From positions 133,982,001 through 134,046,000 of the forward strand of contig OX597815.1 in the NCBI GenBank assembly GCA_951406725.2: a stretch of 64,000 bases of DNA, read 5' to 3'. A program made the translations under genes and the position numbers. How positions within the stretch are numbered: the first letter of the stretch is position 1; every line of letters starts with the position of its first letter. Positions 39,248-53,000 of this stretch are shown here, piece by piece. The notes beneath the pieces were generated by a model. The model was not told the origin of the DNA and searched no databases. It saw only the letters and a program-made list of their open reading frames with translations. The stretch comes from Octopus vulgaris (taxonomy: Eukaryota).

Positions 39248-39361
39248 GTCTTCAAGAAGGAACATTCACATGACAACGAACATCAAGATACCAATGATGA
39301 CCATAATATTAAATTTAAAAAGGTAGCATCAGTTCCTTCTGAACGGAATTCTGTTGAAAAG
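39248..39361 (+). CDS. NCKAP5-like exon 7 (VFKKEHSHDNEH...SERNSVEK)
   Basis: Poly-T tract plus atgcag acceptor, AAG|gtaaga donor, 114 nt, phase 0-0. Confidence 0.8.
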
Positions 39362-40629
39362 GTAAGAGTAATTGATTTTAGTAATTTTTCATCCGCCATT
39401 TAAAAGAAATTAAACATGAATGTAGATTTTTGTTTTAAATCTTGCAATTTTGTTTATCAATTATTTCTTTATGATGTTGTTTGACTTGTAAAGCATGTAA
39501 TTTGGAAGAGATTTGGTCATTATTTCTAACAGATAGAGTAACTGCATATACTATAGGGCAGATGACTTCTGTAAAAAAGGCAATGCAGATTGCGAATTAT
39601 AAAAGTTACCTCTGTACTTGTCCTTAGGCAAAACCAAAGAGTGTTGAGGTTTCCATGACTGTATGATCTGTGACAAAGTGTTTATAGATATTAGATTATT
39701 TCCTCTAATATCTTGTATAGATTATCAGGGCTTTAGTTACCAGGAGGTTAATAAGAGCAATGAAGACTGCTGGGTTTAAAGGTTGCCTCTAAACTAGTCT
39801 TTAGAGGTGACCAGAAAGTAATGGTGTCTCCATCAGACTATACAGTATGATAGGGATTTTTTTAAAGAGAGCCTAATATCCCCTCTTTATTGCATTTAGT
39901 TTATCAGAGATAACCTTTGTTGTGATGTAATAGCTAATGAGCAGATGGCTGTCCCAGACAGTCTGCCAAGACCAAGGATGTCCAATCTACAATGTGTCAG
40001 CCTTTGTCGCAAGTGTAATAACAAATGAATATAAAGTCATTAGTAGCATATTGATAGTCTCCATGCCATCAAGGAGGAGTTTTAGATAAAGAAATGGGGA
40101 TGGACTTATTATGTTGACATCCAAATTAACAGACCAATGTCTTCTGGATCCATGTAGTTAAAATGGGTGGGACAAATTGGCTAACTGGTTAATAAAGTGG
40201 CCAACATGCATTGTTTTGTCTTGTTATGTAAGATGACTTGAATGAAGGAAGAGGAAATGACAGAAGTGAGTAATAGAAAAGAACTGGAGTGATAAAACCA
40301 AGGGCTGATATAATAGAGAATAATAGAAGAGAGAGAAAGACAGAAAAAATTTGCTGGTTAGGGGATTGAATTGAAATAACATGGGCAAAGAGGATTTAGG
40401 TACAAATATACATTCTAGTTTCCTGGGTTATATCCAATAATTATATGTAAAATTCTTAATATATTGACAGCATATGCATAAAAATATATTCATAGACATA
40501 GTTACATAGTAACATACTATCATTGTTCAGACATTGGTTGTAAAAATTTTTTTTTCAATTGGCCACAAGGTCAGTGGTTTTGAGGTGAGGGGGCTAATCA
40601 GTACCATCAACCCCAAAATTTGACATTAT

Positions 40630-40852
40630 CTCTTTAGCATTTAAACTGGCCATATCTGGCCCAAGTATTCTCCCTGTATTATGTTCAAACTGGCCAGATC
40701 CAGCCTCTCACACCTATCTTACAATGTCACTCTAAAAATAAACAATCATACCATCAAAATTTCAAAGCTATGAGATAAACACATGTGAATAAATTCAAAA
40801 CAATGTGAATAAATAATATATTACATTTGACAATAATTTGAATGCTAAAGGG
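40630..40852. mobile_element. piggyBac-type MITE family 2, nested in a SINE B, with TTAT target
   Basis: ttat|ctctttagcatt ... aatgctaaaggg|ttat, inverted homologue at 46583-46798. Confidence 0.78.
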
Positions 40853-40986
40853 TTATTGATTCTGAAAGGATGAAAGATAGAGTTGACCTTTTCAGGATTT
40901 AAGCCCAGAACATAAAAAGTCAAAAGAAACACAAGATATTTTGTCCGATACCCTAGTGATTCTGTCAATTCACTAATAATAATAAT

Positions 40987-41418
40987 CCTTTCTACTAAAG
41001 GCACAAGACCTGAACTTTTGGTGGAGGAGACTAGTCGATTATATCAAGCCCAGTGTTTCACTGGTACTTAATTTATCAACCCCAAAAAGGCAAAGTCAAC
41101 CACAGTGGAATTTGAACCCAGAATGTAAAGATGAACAAAATGCTTAGTGGCATTTTACCTGAAGTGCTAATGATTCTGCCAGCTCGCTGCCTTAATAATA
41201 ATAATAATGACTTCAAATTTTGGCACAAGGCCAGTAAGCTTGGGGTAGGGGTTTAGTCCATTACATCGACTACAGTATTCAACTGGTACTTATTTTATCA
41301 ACCCCTAACAGATAAAAGGCAAAAATTGACCTCAGCAGAATTTGGACTCAGAACATAAAGATGGATAAATGCTAAGCATTCTGCCCTGTGTGCTAATGAT
41401 TCTGCCAGCTCACCACCT
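40987..41418 (-). mobile_element. Two tandem SINE family B copies
   Basis: Each ends in ttctgccagctc(g/a)c..cctt and they are separated by (AAT)n. Confidence 0.8.
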
Positions 41419-42154
41419 TAATGATGATGATGATGATGATGGTGATGGTGATGATGCAATGCCAGACAGTAACTCTCATGGCTCCTGATTTTAACTGATT
41501 AAACGTGTTAAGATGTACATGTTTGTGTTGGTGTAAAAGATGGGCTGTAGCAAATATTCTGCTCAATACCACAGATTTGCTTATCAGTTGCTTGACCATA
41601 ACTAGTTGTTCCTTAGTGGTTTGAATAATTCACCCCTAGAAATAAGGGTGTTTCATTCGTTATCCTTAAACAACCCTTATTCAGGGACCTTTTGAGCAGG
41701 ATGGGGTACTCAACCTAAAATTCTAAGTGCCTGGTGTACCCTTATCAGACAGGTAGTCATGATTGGTTTATTGGATTTTGTATATTTGTACCCTGGTATC
41801 ACTTTGATAGCATGTGCTACTCTCTCACTCAATAATAATAATAATGATAATATTTAAAAATATATTCATATACATGAGTTCAACTCCCAGGCTGGGCTGT
41901 GTATTGTGTTCTTGAGCAAGACACTTTATTTCACATTGCTCCAGTTCACTTATCTGTAGAAATGAGTTGCAACATCACTAGTGCCAAGCTGTTTCAGCCT
42001 TTGCCTTTCCCTTGAATAACATCAGTGGCATGGAGAGCAGAGATGGTATGCATGGGTGACTGCTGGTCTTCCATAAACAACTTTACCTGGACTTGTGCCT
42101 AGAAGGGTTACTTTCTAGGTGCAATTCTATATCTTCATTGGTGTAATTCCATAT

Positions 42155-42747
42155 GAGGTGGTGAAGCATGACCTTCGAACGTTGGGCCTCACAGAGGCAA
42201 TGACAAAAGACTGAGACCTCTGGAGGTATGCTGTAACTGAGAAGACCCAGCAAATAAAGTGAGTTTACAGCTGTAACCTACACCAGCCCACTCAAAAGTA
42301 CCTTGGATCATAGGGCGACATGCTGTGCTTGAGGAGACCTATTGAGTCAAGTACATCAACATCAGCATCAATACCAAAATCAAATCCAATCAAATTACAA
42401 TCAAATCGAAATTGTAGTTGTGACCTTCGTACTGGTAGCATTTAAAAAGCACCATCCGAACATGGCCGATGCCAGTGCTGCTTTGACTGGCTTCCATGCT
42501 GGTGGCATGTAAAAAGCACCATTTGATCATGGTCGATGCCAGCTCCTCTGGCCCCTGTGCCGGTGGCACGTAAAAAGCACCCGCTACACTCTCAGAGTGG
42601 TTGGTATTAGGAAGAGCATCCAGCTGTAGAAACACTGCCAGGTCAGATTGGGGCCTGGTGCAGCCTCCTGACTTCCCAGACCCCAGTCGAACCATTCAAT
42701 CCATGCCAGCATGGAAAACAGATGGTAAATGATGATGATGATAATGA
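42155..42747 (+). mobile_element. 5'-truncated RTE LINE: ORF end, 3' UTR and (GAT)n tail
   Basis: EVVKHDLRTLGLTEAMTKD*DLWRYAVTEKT followed by UTR ending gcatggaaaacagatggtaaat(gat)n. Confidence 0.8.
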
Positions 42748-42807
42748 TTGGTACATAACAATAAAAAAAATCTTTCAAAAATTGCATTGCTTTAGTAACT
42801 ATCATTT

Positions 42808-43175
42808 ATCTTTTACCTGTTTCAGTCATTGGACTGTGGCCATGCTGGGGCACCATCTTGAAGTATTTAGTCAAACAAATTGACTCCAGTACTTATTTTT
42901 TTAAGTCTGGTACTTACTGTACTTTTGTCTGGTACTTTTGCCAAAGCTGTGAAGTCATGGGAATGTAAACAAACCAATACTAGTTGTCAAGCAGTGAAGA
43001 GGGGACATACATAAACACGCACATCCACACAACATTTATGACTGGCTTCCAGTTTCCATCAACTAAATTTACTCACAAGGCATTTGTCAACCCAAGGAAG
43101 ACACTTGCCCAAGATGCTGTGCAGTGGGACTGAACCTGAAACTATGTGGTTGCAAAGCTAGTTTCTTTGCCTGTG
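42808..43175 (-). mobile_element. SINE family A, diverged, antisense
   Basis: tgtttcagtcattggactgtggccatgctgggg...gacacttgcccaag...gggactgaacc. Confidence 0.8.
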
Positions 43176-43716
43176 CTTGATTAGTAGAAAAAAAACATTA
43201 TACAGTTAGTGATCTCATATATAGAGAAATATATCCTTATGTTTTTATTTGATATTATCTTGTTAAAATTGGATCAAGTAAGTCTTCCAATTATGTAAGA
43301 GAATTGGTAGATGTGCATCATAAATATCAATTTCTTTATATTTCCATTTTTTCTCTGGCTACTTTTTCTTTCTCTGCATTTTTACTTTCTATAAGATTTC
43401 CTTTACATTTTCTCCTACAACTGTTAGATTTCTCTGTTTCTTTCTCCCCCCTCTCTCTCTCTCCCTCTCTCTCTTTCTCTCTCTCACTATTTGTGTGCGT
43501 AAAGACAGGGATATATATGTGTATATATTTATAAACTTTATGTATAATGTGAATATGTATATAAATATTATATATATATTACATGTGCATGTGTTTTTGC
43601 AAATGTGTAAGTGTCTTTCTTACATATGTATATATATGTGTGTGTGTGTGTATGTATAATATACATGTAAATGTCAATTGCTGAATATGAAATTATCTTT
43701 TGTTACTTGATTACAG

Positions 43717-44661
43717 GAAAAACTTCAGCTTCCACGACGACCACAACAGTCTGATGTGACTCAAAGTGCTGAAGAATGGTTACTGCAATTTTCCAAAGAA
43801 GATATTGAAAAGAATCTAAGTTATTACAAAAATCGTCAGAAAGCATCCAGACATCATTCTACTCCATGGCAGCAAAATACCAACAGCCCCAACATGCTTT
43901 GTTGGCAGACTCTACAACACCGCCAACCCACACACGGTGTACAGGCTGGTCGTTATATGACTCTACCAGTGACAAACATTTGTCAGGAGCAGTTTGAAAC
44001 TGAAGATATTGATGTTAATAACTTAATGAGTCCAAAAGAAATTGAAGAGCAAAAGAAATTCCGACAGGAGTTTTATAGCCTCTGCTGTGTGGATTCCAAC
44101 CGAAGTCTTTTCTCTGGTAGCAACAATGAATGTGATGGAGAAAACCAAACTCAAACTTTGAAAAATCTCCACTCCAATAATGAGACATGTCATGAACACT
44201 GCCAGTCGAACCTAGCAGAATTTGACAATGTTTCTCTGAAGATTGACAACCTTTCTAAAACTGTAAAAGAATTACAATCAAGTTTCTCTAGTCTGAACAG
44301 TGTTGAGTGTAACTCTGACATTGATAGTGATATATTCAATCCCAGTGGTCACAGTAGCAGTGTTGAAGGTTATCATTGGGTAGAAGATGAATTTTATTTA
44401 ACGCCTTCCAGTGGGGATATCATTTTTACTAGTTGTCCCTCAAATGAATCTTCAGCATCGTGTGACTGGATGAATGAATATGCTGACGACAGTTCAGAAG
44501 CATTTGAATTAAAAGATTCTTGTGAAGAAGACCAACAGTTTCTGCAGAAGCTGTGTGCTGTAGCCAACCTTAATGTTGACTCAAGTAAAGTACATGGTGG
44601 CGCTGAGAAGTTATCAACTCCAGAGAAAGATATCAGTGACATGTTGGTGATGAACCCAGAG
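43717..44661 (+). CDS. NCKAP5-like exon 8 (945 nt, acidic/Ser-rich with a short coiled coil)
   Basis: ttacag acceptor in frame with ORF 43756-44688, GAG|gttagt donor, phase 0-0. Confidence 0.9.
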
Positions 44662-44771
44662 GTTAGTATAGCAAGAAATTACAAATAACAAAAATGCATT
44701 GCTCTACAGATATACTTGAACAGAATTTTGCAAACCAAACTGCTAGACTGTGAAAATATATCTGTTCTTTT

Positions 44772-45085
44772 ATCTTTTACTTATTTCAGTCATTGGACTG
44801 TGGCCATACTGGGGCACTGCCCTAAAGGGTTTCAGCTGAGCAAGTCAACGCCAGTCCTTTTTTTATAAGTCTGGTACTTATTTTATTGGTCTCTTTTGCC
44901 AAACAGCTAAATTACAGAGATATAAACAAACCAACACTGGTTGTCAAGTGCTGGTGGGGGAACAGATAGAAGCATGCATACACATGACAGGCTTTCATAC
45001 AGCTTCTGTCTTCCAAATTCACTAAAAAAATGCCTACATCAACTTGTGACTGTAGTGAAAGACACTTGCTCAAGGTGCTGCACCA
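44772..45085 (-). mobile_element. SINE family A, diverged, antisense
   Basis: tttcagtcattggactgtggccatactgggg...gacacttgctcaaggtgc. Confidence 0.78.
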
Positions 45086-45872
45086 TAGGGATGGTGGGAG
45101 TCGAGTCTATGATCTATGCAAGGTTTTTGGATTGGTGAGATTGATATAGCTGTGCCAAGTTACTGTTAGTAAGAAAATAACATTAAATATTTTCACAGGT
45201 GAGTGAATCCAGCTAAGGGGTCAAGTGACACTTGGTTGAGTGTGTTTAGGCCTACTACAAGATGGTCCCTTATGTTGATTTTGATGTATGAATGTCTCAT
45301 TAAAACCTGCTTGTTAAATTAGTGTGCAAAATGGCTGAGTATTTATGAACCCTTACAGATACATGTACCTTTAACAGGTAGAGTCAATGTGACAAAGCTG
45401 GATCTTTGACTTACAGGTACAGTCCATCTAATGGACTTCAAGTACAGTTTCCATCTTCTCACAATTTTTAGTGGTGGGCAATATTTATGGCACTTTAAAG
45501 GAAGTATTTCTTTAGTCATTTTATAAGACAGTACCAATCATTTTTAAGTCAATTAAAAACCGAAACTGCCTTAACTGTCCCAGGATTTGATCTTAGGACA
45601 GTTCTGATGTTAATTGATGTTTAAGTAGACAGTCAGACTAGTATGTTCAGCTTATCTTGAAGTGCCTAATTCATAGCCAGGAAGCATAAAACCCACACAC
45701 CATTCTTGGTAGCAAACTATGATTATGTTAATGACATATTATATTACAGGTATACACTGTTTAATGGTATTGTATGTTAATAGTATATTATGTTAAAAAA
45801 TATTGAGAATATTTTATGTTAATGGAATACTATAAATAGTATATGTTAATGTTATGTTCTTTATTCCTACAG

Positions 45873-45981
45873 ACTCGTGCTGACATGTTGGACTCTATGA
45901 TTGACATAAATACAGCCAACGAAAGTGAAGACAGCAGCAGTGATGAACAGTTATCAGTTCCCATGTTTAAACATAAGAAAG
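45873..45981 (+). CDS. NCKAP5-like exon 9 (TRADMLDSMIDIN...PMFKHKK)
   Basis: ttcctacag acceptor, AAG|gtcagt donor, 109 nt, phase 0-1 matching the next exon. Confidence 0.83.
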
Positions 45982-46582
45982 GTCAGTATGCTTCTAATTT
46001 AGAAATCTAACAGTAGTTATTAAAGAAACCTCAAAGATAGAGGAGGGGACTCTATCTAGAGACTACTAGATTAAATGCATTCTAGGATTGAGTATTATTC
46101 CTCTCAGTTATACCATAAGCTATTTTGTATGTATGTGTTTGCAAATTGAGTTACAAAGTAAAGTTATTCAATTATTGTCATTGCTTTAGTGTTCACTTTT
46201 CCATGCTTGCATGAGTCAAACGGAGTTTACTGAAGTAGATTTTCTAGTTGGATGTCCTTCCTGTTGCCAACCCTCACCTGTTTCTAAGTAAGGTAATATT
46301 TCCATGACCAGATATGTTTACTCAGGATACTGGAAATGAATGATACTGCTTGTATGACAGTGGTATTCATTTCAAGCATTGCACAATGTTATACGGCAGG
46401 CTTCTTTCAGTTTCTATTTAAGAAATCCACTCACATGGCTTTGGTTAGCTCTGAGCTGTAGTAGAAGATACTTACCCAGTAAATATATATTTCTATAAGT
46501 GTTGACTCTTGTCCCATTACAAGCATTCTACTTTCAATATTAAGTTCTCCACTATAAGTAAATGGTCTGTTGTTATTTTTAA

Positions 46583-46798
46583 CCCTTTAGCATTAAGATT
46601 GCTCTATCAAATGTAATGCTTATTTATTCACATTGTTTTGAATTAATCAGGCATTTCCTTGTAGCTTTGATATTTTGATGATGTGATTGTTTATTTTTAG
46701 AATGACATGGTAGGCTAGGTATGGGAGGCCAGATCTGGCCAGATTTAACATAAAACAGAATATTTGGGCCAGATATGGTTGGTTTCAGTGCTAAGGAG
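46583..46798. mobile_element. piggyBac-type MITE family 2
   Basis: ttaa|ccctttagca ... tgctaaggag|ttaa. Confidence 0.8.
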
Positions 46799-46865
46799 TT
46801 AAACTTACTTTAAAATATTAACCTCAATTTAACATATTTATATATTTTCCTATTTTCTTTTTTAG

Positions 46866-47302
46866 GACGACAAAAACTTGTATCAAGAGCAAATGCACAA
46901 ACTAACTTCCACAACCTCTTTACAAGGTTTGGCCACCAAGAAAAAGAAGCTGTGTCTGCATTTGATTTTCTGGATCAGTTTTCAACATCAAGTACCAATT
47001 CTGAAACCATAATGCCAGACAATAACTCAGAGGATTTACTTACAGAACTAAGTCCAGTATCTCACTCTTCTAAATCAACAGATATTTCTCCAACTGCTCC
47101 CAATAAATTCTATGATTCAAAGAGGTCACAGCTGTTATCAAAGAAAGTATGGAAACAAACAGATAGTTCTTCTCGTGGCAGTCTAGCACGAGTGACTGCT
47201 ATTGAACTCTTAGGTAATTGTTCAGGTGACTCTCTTGACTCTCCTGAAGATGCAATTTCTGCAAGTACCTTATCTCTGAGTGACTCTTGCTGTGAATCAT
47301 AA
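46866..47302 (+). CDS. NCKAP5-like terminal coding exon (GRQKLVSRANAQTNFHNLFTRFGHQEKEAVSAFDFLDQF...SDSCCES*)
   Basis: tttttag acceptor. The phase-1 junction G|GA restores the frame of ORF 46952-47302, ending at TAA. Confidence 0.87.
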
Positions 47303-47552
47303 TAACATCGTTGCATTTTCTTTATGAAGATTTTTCTAATGAGGGCAGCAATATATTCAGCCATTTGCTAACATGGCTCAATCACACACATCATGTATGC
47401 AAACACATACGCACACAAATACGTATATATATTTGTATGTAAGTATATATAAATATATGTATGTAAAAACGTGTATGCATATGTTTGTGTATGTTTTAGA
47501 ATATATATAAATATTCATAATATATATTTGTTTGTATATAAATATATATGTA

Positions 47553-47596
<44 letters not shown>

Positions 47597-49839
47597 CACA
47601 CACATACATGTGTGTGTGTGTATACATATACACATACATACACGTGTATGCGTGTGTATAATATTTAAATTTTGCTTTTTGGTCATTTATTTATTCATTT
47701 CTCATACTTTGAACTTTTGTTTCAGGCCCCGTCAAAAAAAATAAAAAAATAAAAAAGTCAATATAAACACCCCCCTTCTGCCCCATCCTGATCCCATTAA
47801 CCATAATTTTTTAAAAAATGTTTTAAAAAAATAAACAAAGGAGAAATAGGGGAGAGAGAAAGAGAGCATGTTAATACTAATAATAAATAATAATGGGTTC
47901 TTTTTATGAAGTCAGGAAGGATGTAAATTTATATATGCTGATTAACCACAAGATCTGTCATATTTTGCTTATCTTTTTTTTTTTTTCGAATATTTCGATC
48001 ATTTGCACAGCAAAACTTTCTAATTAAGAAAAGAATTGACTGAAAATCTGTGGATTTTTAGCGGTTTCGGTATATAAATTATCATGAATTAACTGAATCC
48101 AACATATTATATTATAATTCAAATTTAAGCAGAATGATTTCCTGGCATCTTTGGAGTTTACTAACCACAGGATTTGCTGTTCCCAGATCCAGCCTTATTT
48201 TAATCAATTATTTCATAGAATTTGCCTGCTGTACCAAAGTTTTCTACTTTTATACTTCTTATTACAAAACAAACAAAAAAAATTAAAAAAAAAAAAAAAA
48301 GCAACAGAAATGAAACAAAAAAATTATAATATTAATTAATATTAATAAATTGAGCAAAAAAAATTACTTTGAGAAAGCTGAATTATATTCTTAGAAAATT
48401 TACATTTTAAAAAGTTTTTATTTTTTTTTAGATAGTTTTAAACTTTAATCTTACTTTAGATATGAGTTGTCCTTTTTTTTTTCTTCATAAAAAGAAAAAA
48501 AAGCATAAATCAAAACTGGTTTGTTTTTTTTATCAATTTCCCCACCTACATCCCAAAACGGTTTTGCTACAAAGAATTTTGAAATTGTGTATATGTAAAT
48601 CATTTTTGTTCCTGTTGTTGATTGGAAAGTAGCATTGTAAAAAAAAAAGTTTTTTTATTATTATTATTATTATACTTTTTTTTAATTCCAATATTGCATC
48701 TGTCATTAATTTGTCATCTCCCCAGAATTTCACCAATGAAATCAGTTATTTTTAACTACTTCAGAACTTCATATAAGTTCAAGTACTATAAAAAAAATTT
48801 TTTTTTTTAATTGAAAATAAAAAGATTCAACTTTTACACTAGAAATGCCTTCAGAATCAACAAAAATAACCCCCCCCCCAAAAAAAAAGAATGATAAAAT
48901 GTTTAGAAATAGTCTTTTGTACCTGAGATTTTTAGCTGTTAAGTCATTCCAAATATTTGCAGAAAAGTTACGTGCCAAACACAAAAAAAAAGAAAGAAAA
49001 CCCCAAAAAATAGTCTCACCATTTTTTTTTTGCTATGATACCTATCAGTTTTAGAAATGTTTATTAATTCTAAATTCATTTAAAAAAAAGAAAAAAATAA
49101 GAAAAAGCTATGACATATGTATAAACACACACGCACACCACACACACACATATATATATATATTCATTTATTTGCAAGTTGAGGATTTTGTCTATCACTA
49201 TTCTAAGTTTCTTGTGAAACATAGATACCAAAAATTCAGAGTAATGGCTGAAGGAAGCCTTTAACTTTAAATAAATGAACTCTGCTACATATATTGAGTA
49301 CTTTGTAAATCTATGTGTGCATGTGTATATATGTGTGTGAGTGTATGTCTAAATACATATGCATGTGTGTATGCATCATTAAATCTAAAGTAATGTTTGT
49401 CTTGGAGGATGTTTCCATTCTCTGTAGTTGTTCGTGAGAATGAAGAAATTTATAAATTTTTTCCCGAATCAAGATAATCTACTCCAGCTTCTGGATATAT
49501 TTACATATTTGCCATTCTCCTGATCTTGCCCATACTTGGTCAAGCAGATCTACCAGGAGGTAAGGCAGGATAGTATGACAGCAGTGATTAAATGCTCTAA
49601 AATACAAGATACTTCATTAGAGTAGGAAGGGGATTCTTCACTGGTATAAATACTTCACAATTTAAGATGAATGAATGTCTACTCAAAAGTGTTTGGCAGT
49701 ACTTCTTGATTGAATATGGTTGATTCTATGATACTAGATTTGCTGGAGTAAACATGTCCTTGATATGGTTCTTAAGGAGCTTCTCTAAGAAAATACCTAT
49801 TAGCTGAGTTAAGCATCCTGCCATGATTTCTAATGGATA

Positions 49840-50070
49840 TTATCATCACCTTTTTCTTTTCACGCTTGCATGGACTGCATGGTTTTCCTCCGGTACAGTG
49901 TCTTACCACTCGTTGCTTTTGCTTATCATCTTCACGAGGTTCAGCATCCTGAGGTTAACCTTCACCACTTCTTCCTCAGTCTTCCTCTTCCACAGGTTCC
50001 TTCCAGTCAGATCACTTTGTACTTCTTTATTCACCTGTCATCTTCCATACACATCCCATATTTGTATCAG
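49840..50070 (-). mobile_element. Decayed RTE LINE 3' fragment
   Basis: Minus-strand remnant EGTCGRGR...EVVKVNLRMLNL, similar to the element at 42155. Confidence 0.55.
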
Positions 50071-53000
50071 AACAGTCTTCTCTCATTTCTATAGTGGCTG
50101 TTTATGGTAAATAACAGCAGCATAACTACCTCAGTCAGAGAAATTCACTATCTCTTTTGTCTCAAATTTGTGAAGCTCAATTTCTCTCCTCATCTGACGA
50201 CTGATTTACTCTCAAAAACAGAGTAAACCCTTTATTGCTGTATCATGGGCCACAGGTTACTGACATTAGTCTTTGCTTATAAAATGACATCTAATGAGTT
50301 CATGTTTCCAACACAGTGATAATGTAACCCACTTATCTCTACTGAGTAGTCTGCTGTTACTTAAATAAGGGGTTACTACTCTCTTTATCTTCAACCCTTC
50401 CTGGGCTCTTGAGTATTGTCCTGTAATCTCTGTAATTTGAAGTTCAGCTTCTGTATCACTTTTCAGCACTTTCATGAATTGTATGTGCTAACTTTGGCTG
50501 AGCAACTTTTTTTAGCTCAGCAATTACTGAAAAGACTTTCCCTTAAGTTTCTACCTGTCTAAGAAACCTTCCTTTCTTATAATTACTGCTACTGTGGCAT
50601 GTGTTCATTTCACTTTGTGATGTCCCACTTGTCATCTCCCTACTGCTGTTTGAGAATGTAGTTATGTTGATTATAATGACTAATATGAAGTGGAAGGTTC
50701 CACTTGCACCAGGTATTAAATGTGTGATTTGTTATCCCAATACAGTCTACAGAGTGTAATATTAGAACTAGATATCATCTCAGTATCAGTTCATTTATAT
50801 CAATGTATGTTTGAATACAAGTGAACAAAGGTATTTTTACATAAGCAAATTTATGACAGTTTCTCACTTTGTGAACTGCAATATAACCTGAGACAGATGG
50901 CTTTGTAGGTTTTTTGGAGCATGGTTATTCATGGCTCATCACTGCCCTCTTTTTATCTTGTGGAAAGTTGGAGGCAGAGCTGTTGTATACCCTTTCCACA
51001 CCTCTATTCTTTGCTTTGTGAGCTCATATAATATATATATATATATTTATATACATGCACACACTCAGTCCAAGAATGGTTATGGTATTGCATTTATTTC
51101 TTTATTCCAATTGTTTCAATAATACATAATTTAGGTACATCATGATTATATGTTTGTACAATGTTACAATATATAACATGTGAGCCATGTTCATCTCATC
51201 AGGTAATGGCCAATAGAGCAATATTGTTCATGATGTATCTGAACCATCTATTGTTGAAACAATAATAATAATGATGGAATAAATGTAATTCTAAGCCTTC
51301 CATTCTTGTACTTAATGAATTTATGGTCTTTGATTAATGAATCAACCCTGGAATTTCAGTTTGTATGAATGATTTCCTTTAAAGAAAACCTTTCATTGCT
51401 AGACACTCTGTTAGCTAATACTCACAGGAGTAATGAATGAGGATACAGCTTGGATTTGTAGGTCCCCTTTATTATATATAAGGGATAAACTGTATGGGAC
51501 ATCACTTTTCGATTAATGGCCACTTAAGTTCATATCTGTGTTAGTGTTTTCGAATCTCAATTTCTATGTAATGTGCCTGGATTACAGGAGGATTGAACTT
51601 GTGCATGCTGATGCATATCTGTGTGCATGATTGTGGCATGTATTAAATAAATTAATGGTGCTCAGACTTCAAAATTATGTACTTTTTCTTCAATTGTCTT
51701 TTTCTTTTTAACATGGTTTCTTTCATGCTATCATGGATTGAATGGTTCTGTAAATTTAAACTTTTCTATTTGGAACAGATTATCTTATGGTTAAATGCCC
51801 TTCCTTAATGTTAACCAGTTTGAGTGATGCCTAATTCATCATCTTAGTTTCGACTAAGTACAGTATGCTTTTCTGAGAGGCAACAAAAATGCTGATGACC
51901 AGGTTTGAACTCATGACCTGTGTCTCTACAGACCAGCATTTTAACCATCCACTCACCACACAATGTATAAAACTTTGTGCATTTCATTTTTAGTGTAATA
52001 CGTGTATACCTGGTCTCAGGTGAATCTTACTTTTCGTTATGCTCCCTAAATGGAGGTGACAACTTAAAAACCAACATCTCATGACCGGTGCAATGACTAG
52101 TGGTCAGAACATGGCTCAAGAGCATCTGAAAATGAGTATTAAAGCCTTTGGTTTATTTTCATATTAAAAGGGATTTCAAACTTAAAATACTTGATGTGTT
52201 CTGAGTATTAATATTCACGTTATATTACTATGTTGTTGTTCAGTTCAGTCCAGTCCATATGTTTATTGGAGGGTGGGAAATAGGAGGTTCTTGTTTTCGT
52301 GTTAAGTATTTGGGTCCAAATGACACCTCCCATGACCACCACTTACCAATATGGTGTTTTAAAAAAATACAACAAAACACTATAAAGTAACATTAATATT
52401 TTCTACAATAGAATTCAATGCAGCAGAATGTTATGCTTGTCCAACTTTACTAAGGACAGCACATTTTACAATGATTGAAATGGGGTTTTAGTTTTTACAT
52501 TGTATTTTTTGATTTTATTTTTTTTAAATCTATTATGGTAAAAAAAAATTGAAAAAAAATTCAGTGTCCCCCAGAAATGTATTAAAATTTCCTAAATATT
52601 CAATACAGGTAGTCTTCCTAACTAGGCAGGTAGTTTTGTTATCTATGAATTAATCTGTGCAGGTAGTAGTTCTATTAGATAGGTTTAAATGGTGTTATTA
52701 TTACTATCTATATTGTTGGTTTGTAAATAAAGGAGGATAACACTTACTCTATTACAAACACCTTTATCATCATCATACTCTTATCTCAGTGAGGGAACCT
52801 TTATGCAAGCAATTCAGACCTGCAAGAAATAAGAGCCTAATCTCTCAAACTATACCCTGCCATTTTAAATAAAGAATGACAGGTAGGACAATGATATATA
52901 AATAAAACATAAATGGAATGCTTTTGACCATAGTTTTTAGGTTTCGTTAGTTAGGCTAGCAAGGTAAAAAATGAGGTTAATACCTGATATATTCTATGCA

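Noticed and set aside
51890-51960. tRNA-Tyr-like sequence on the minus strand (CTGTAGA loop, GTTCAAACC)
   Set aside because: Acceptor and T stems do not pair properly. At most a decayed tRNA-derived SINE head, not a tRNA gene.
52606-52670. Three CAGGTAGT motifs within about 65 bp
   Set aside because: Resembles Zelda/ZEB sites, but the motif is short and there is no other evidence. Could be a decayed micro-duplication.
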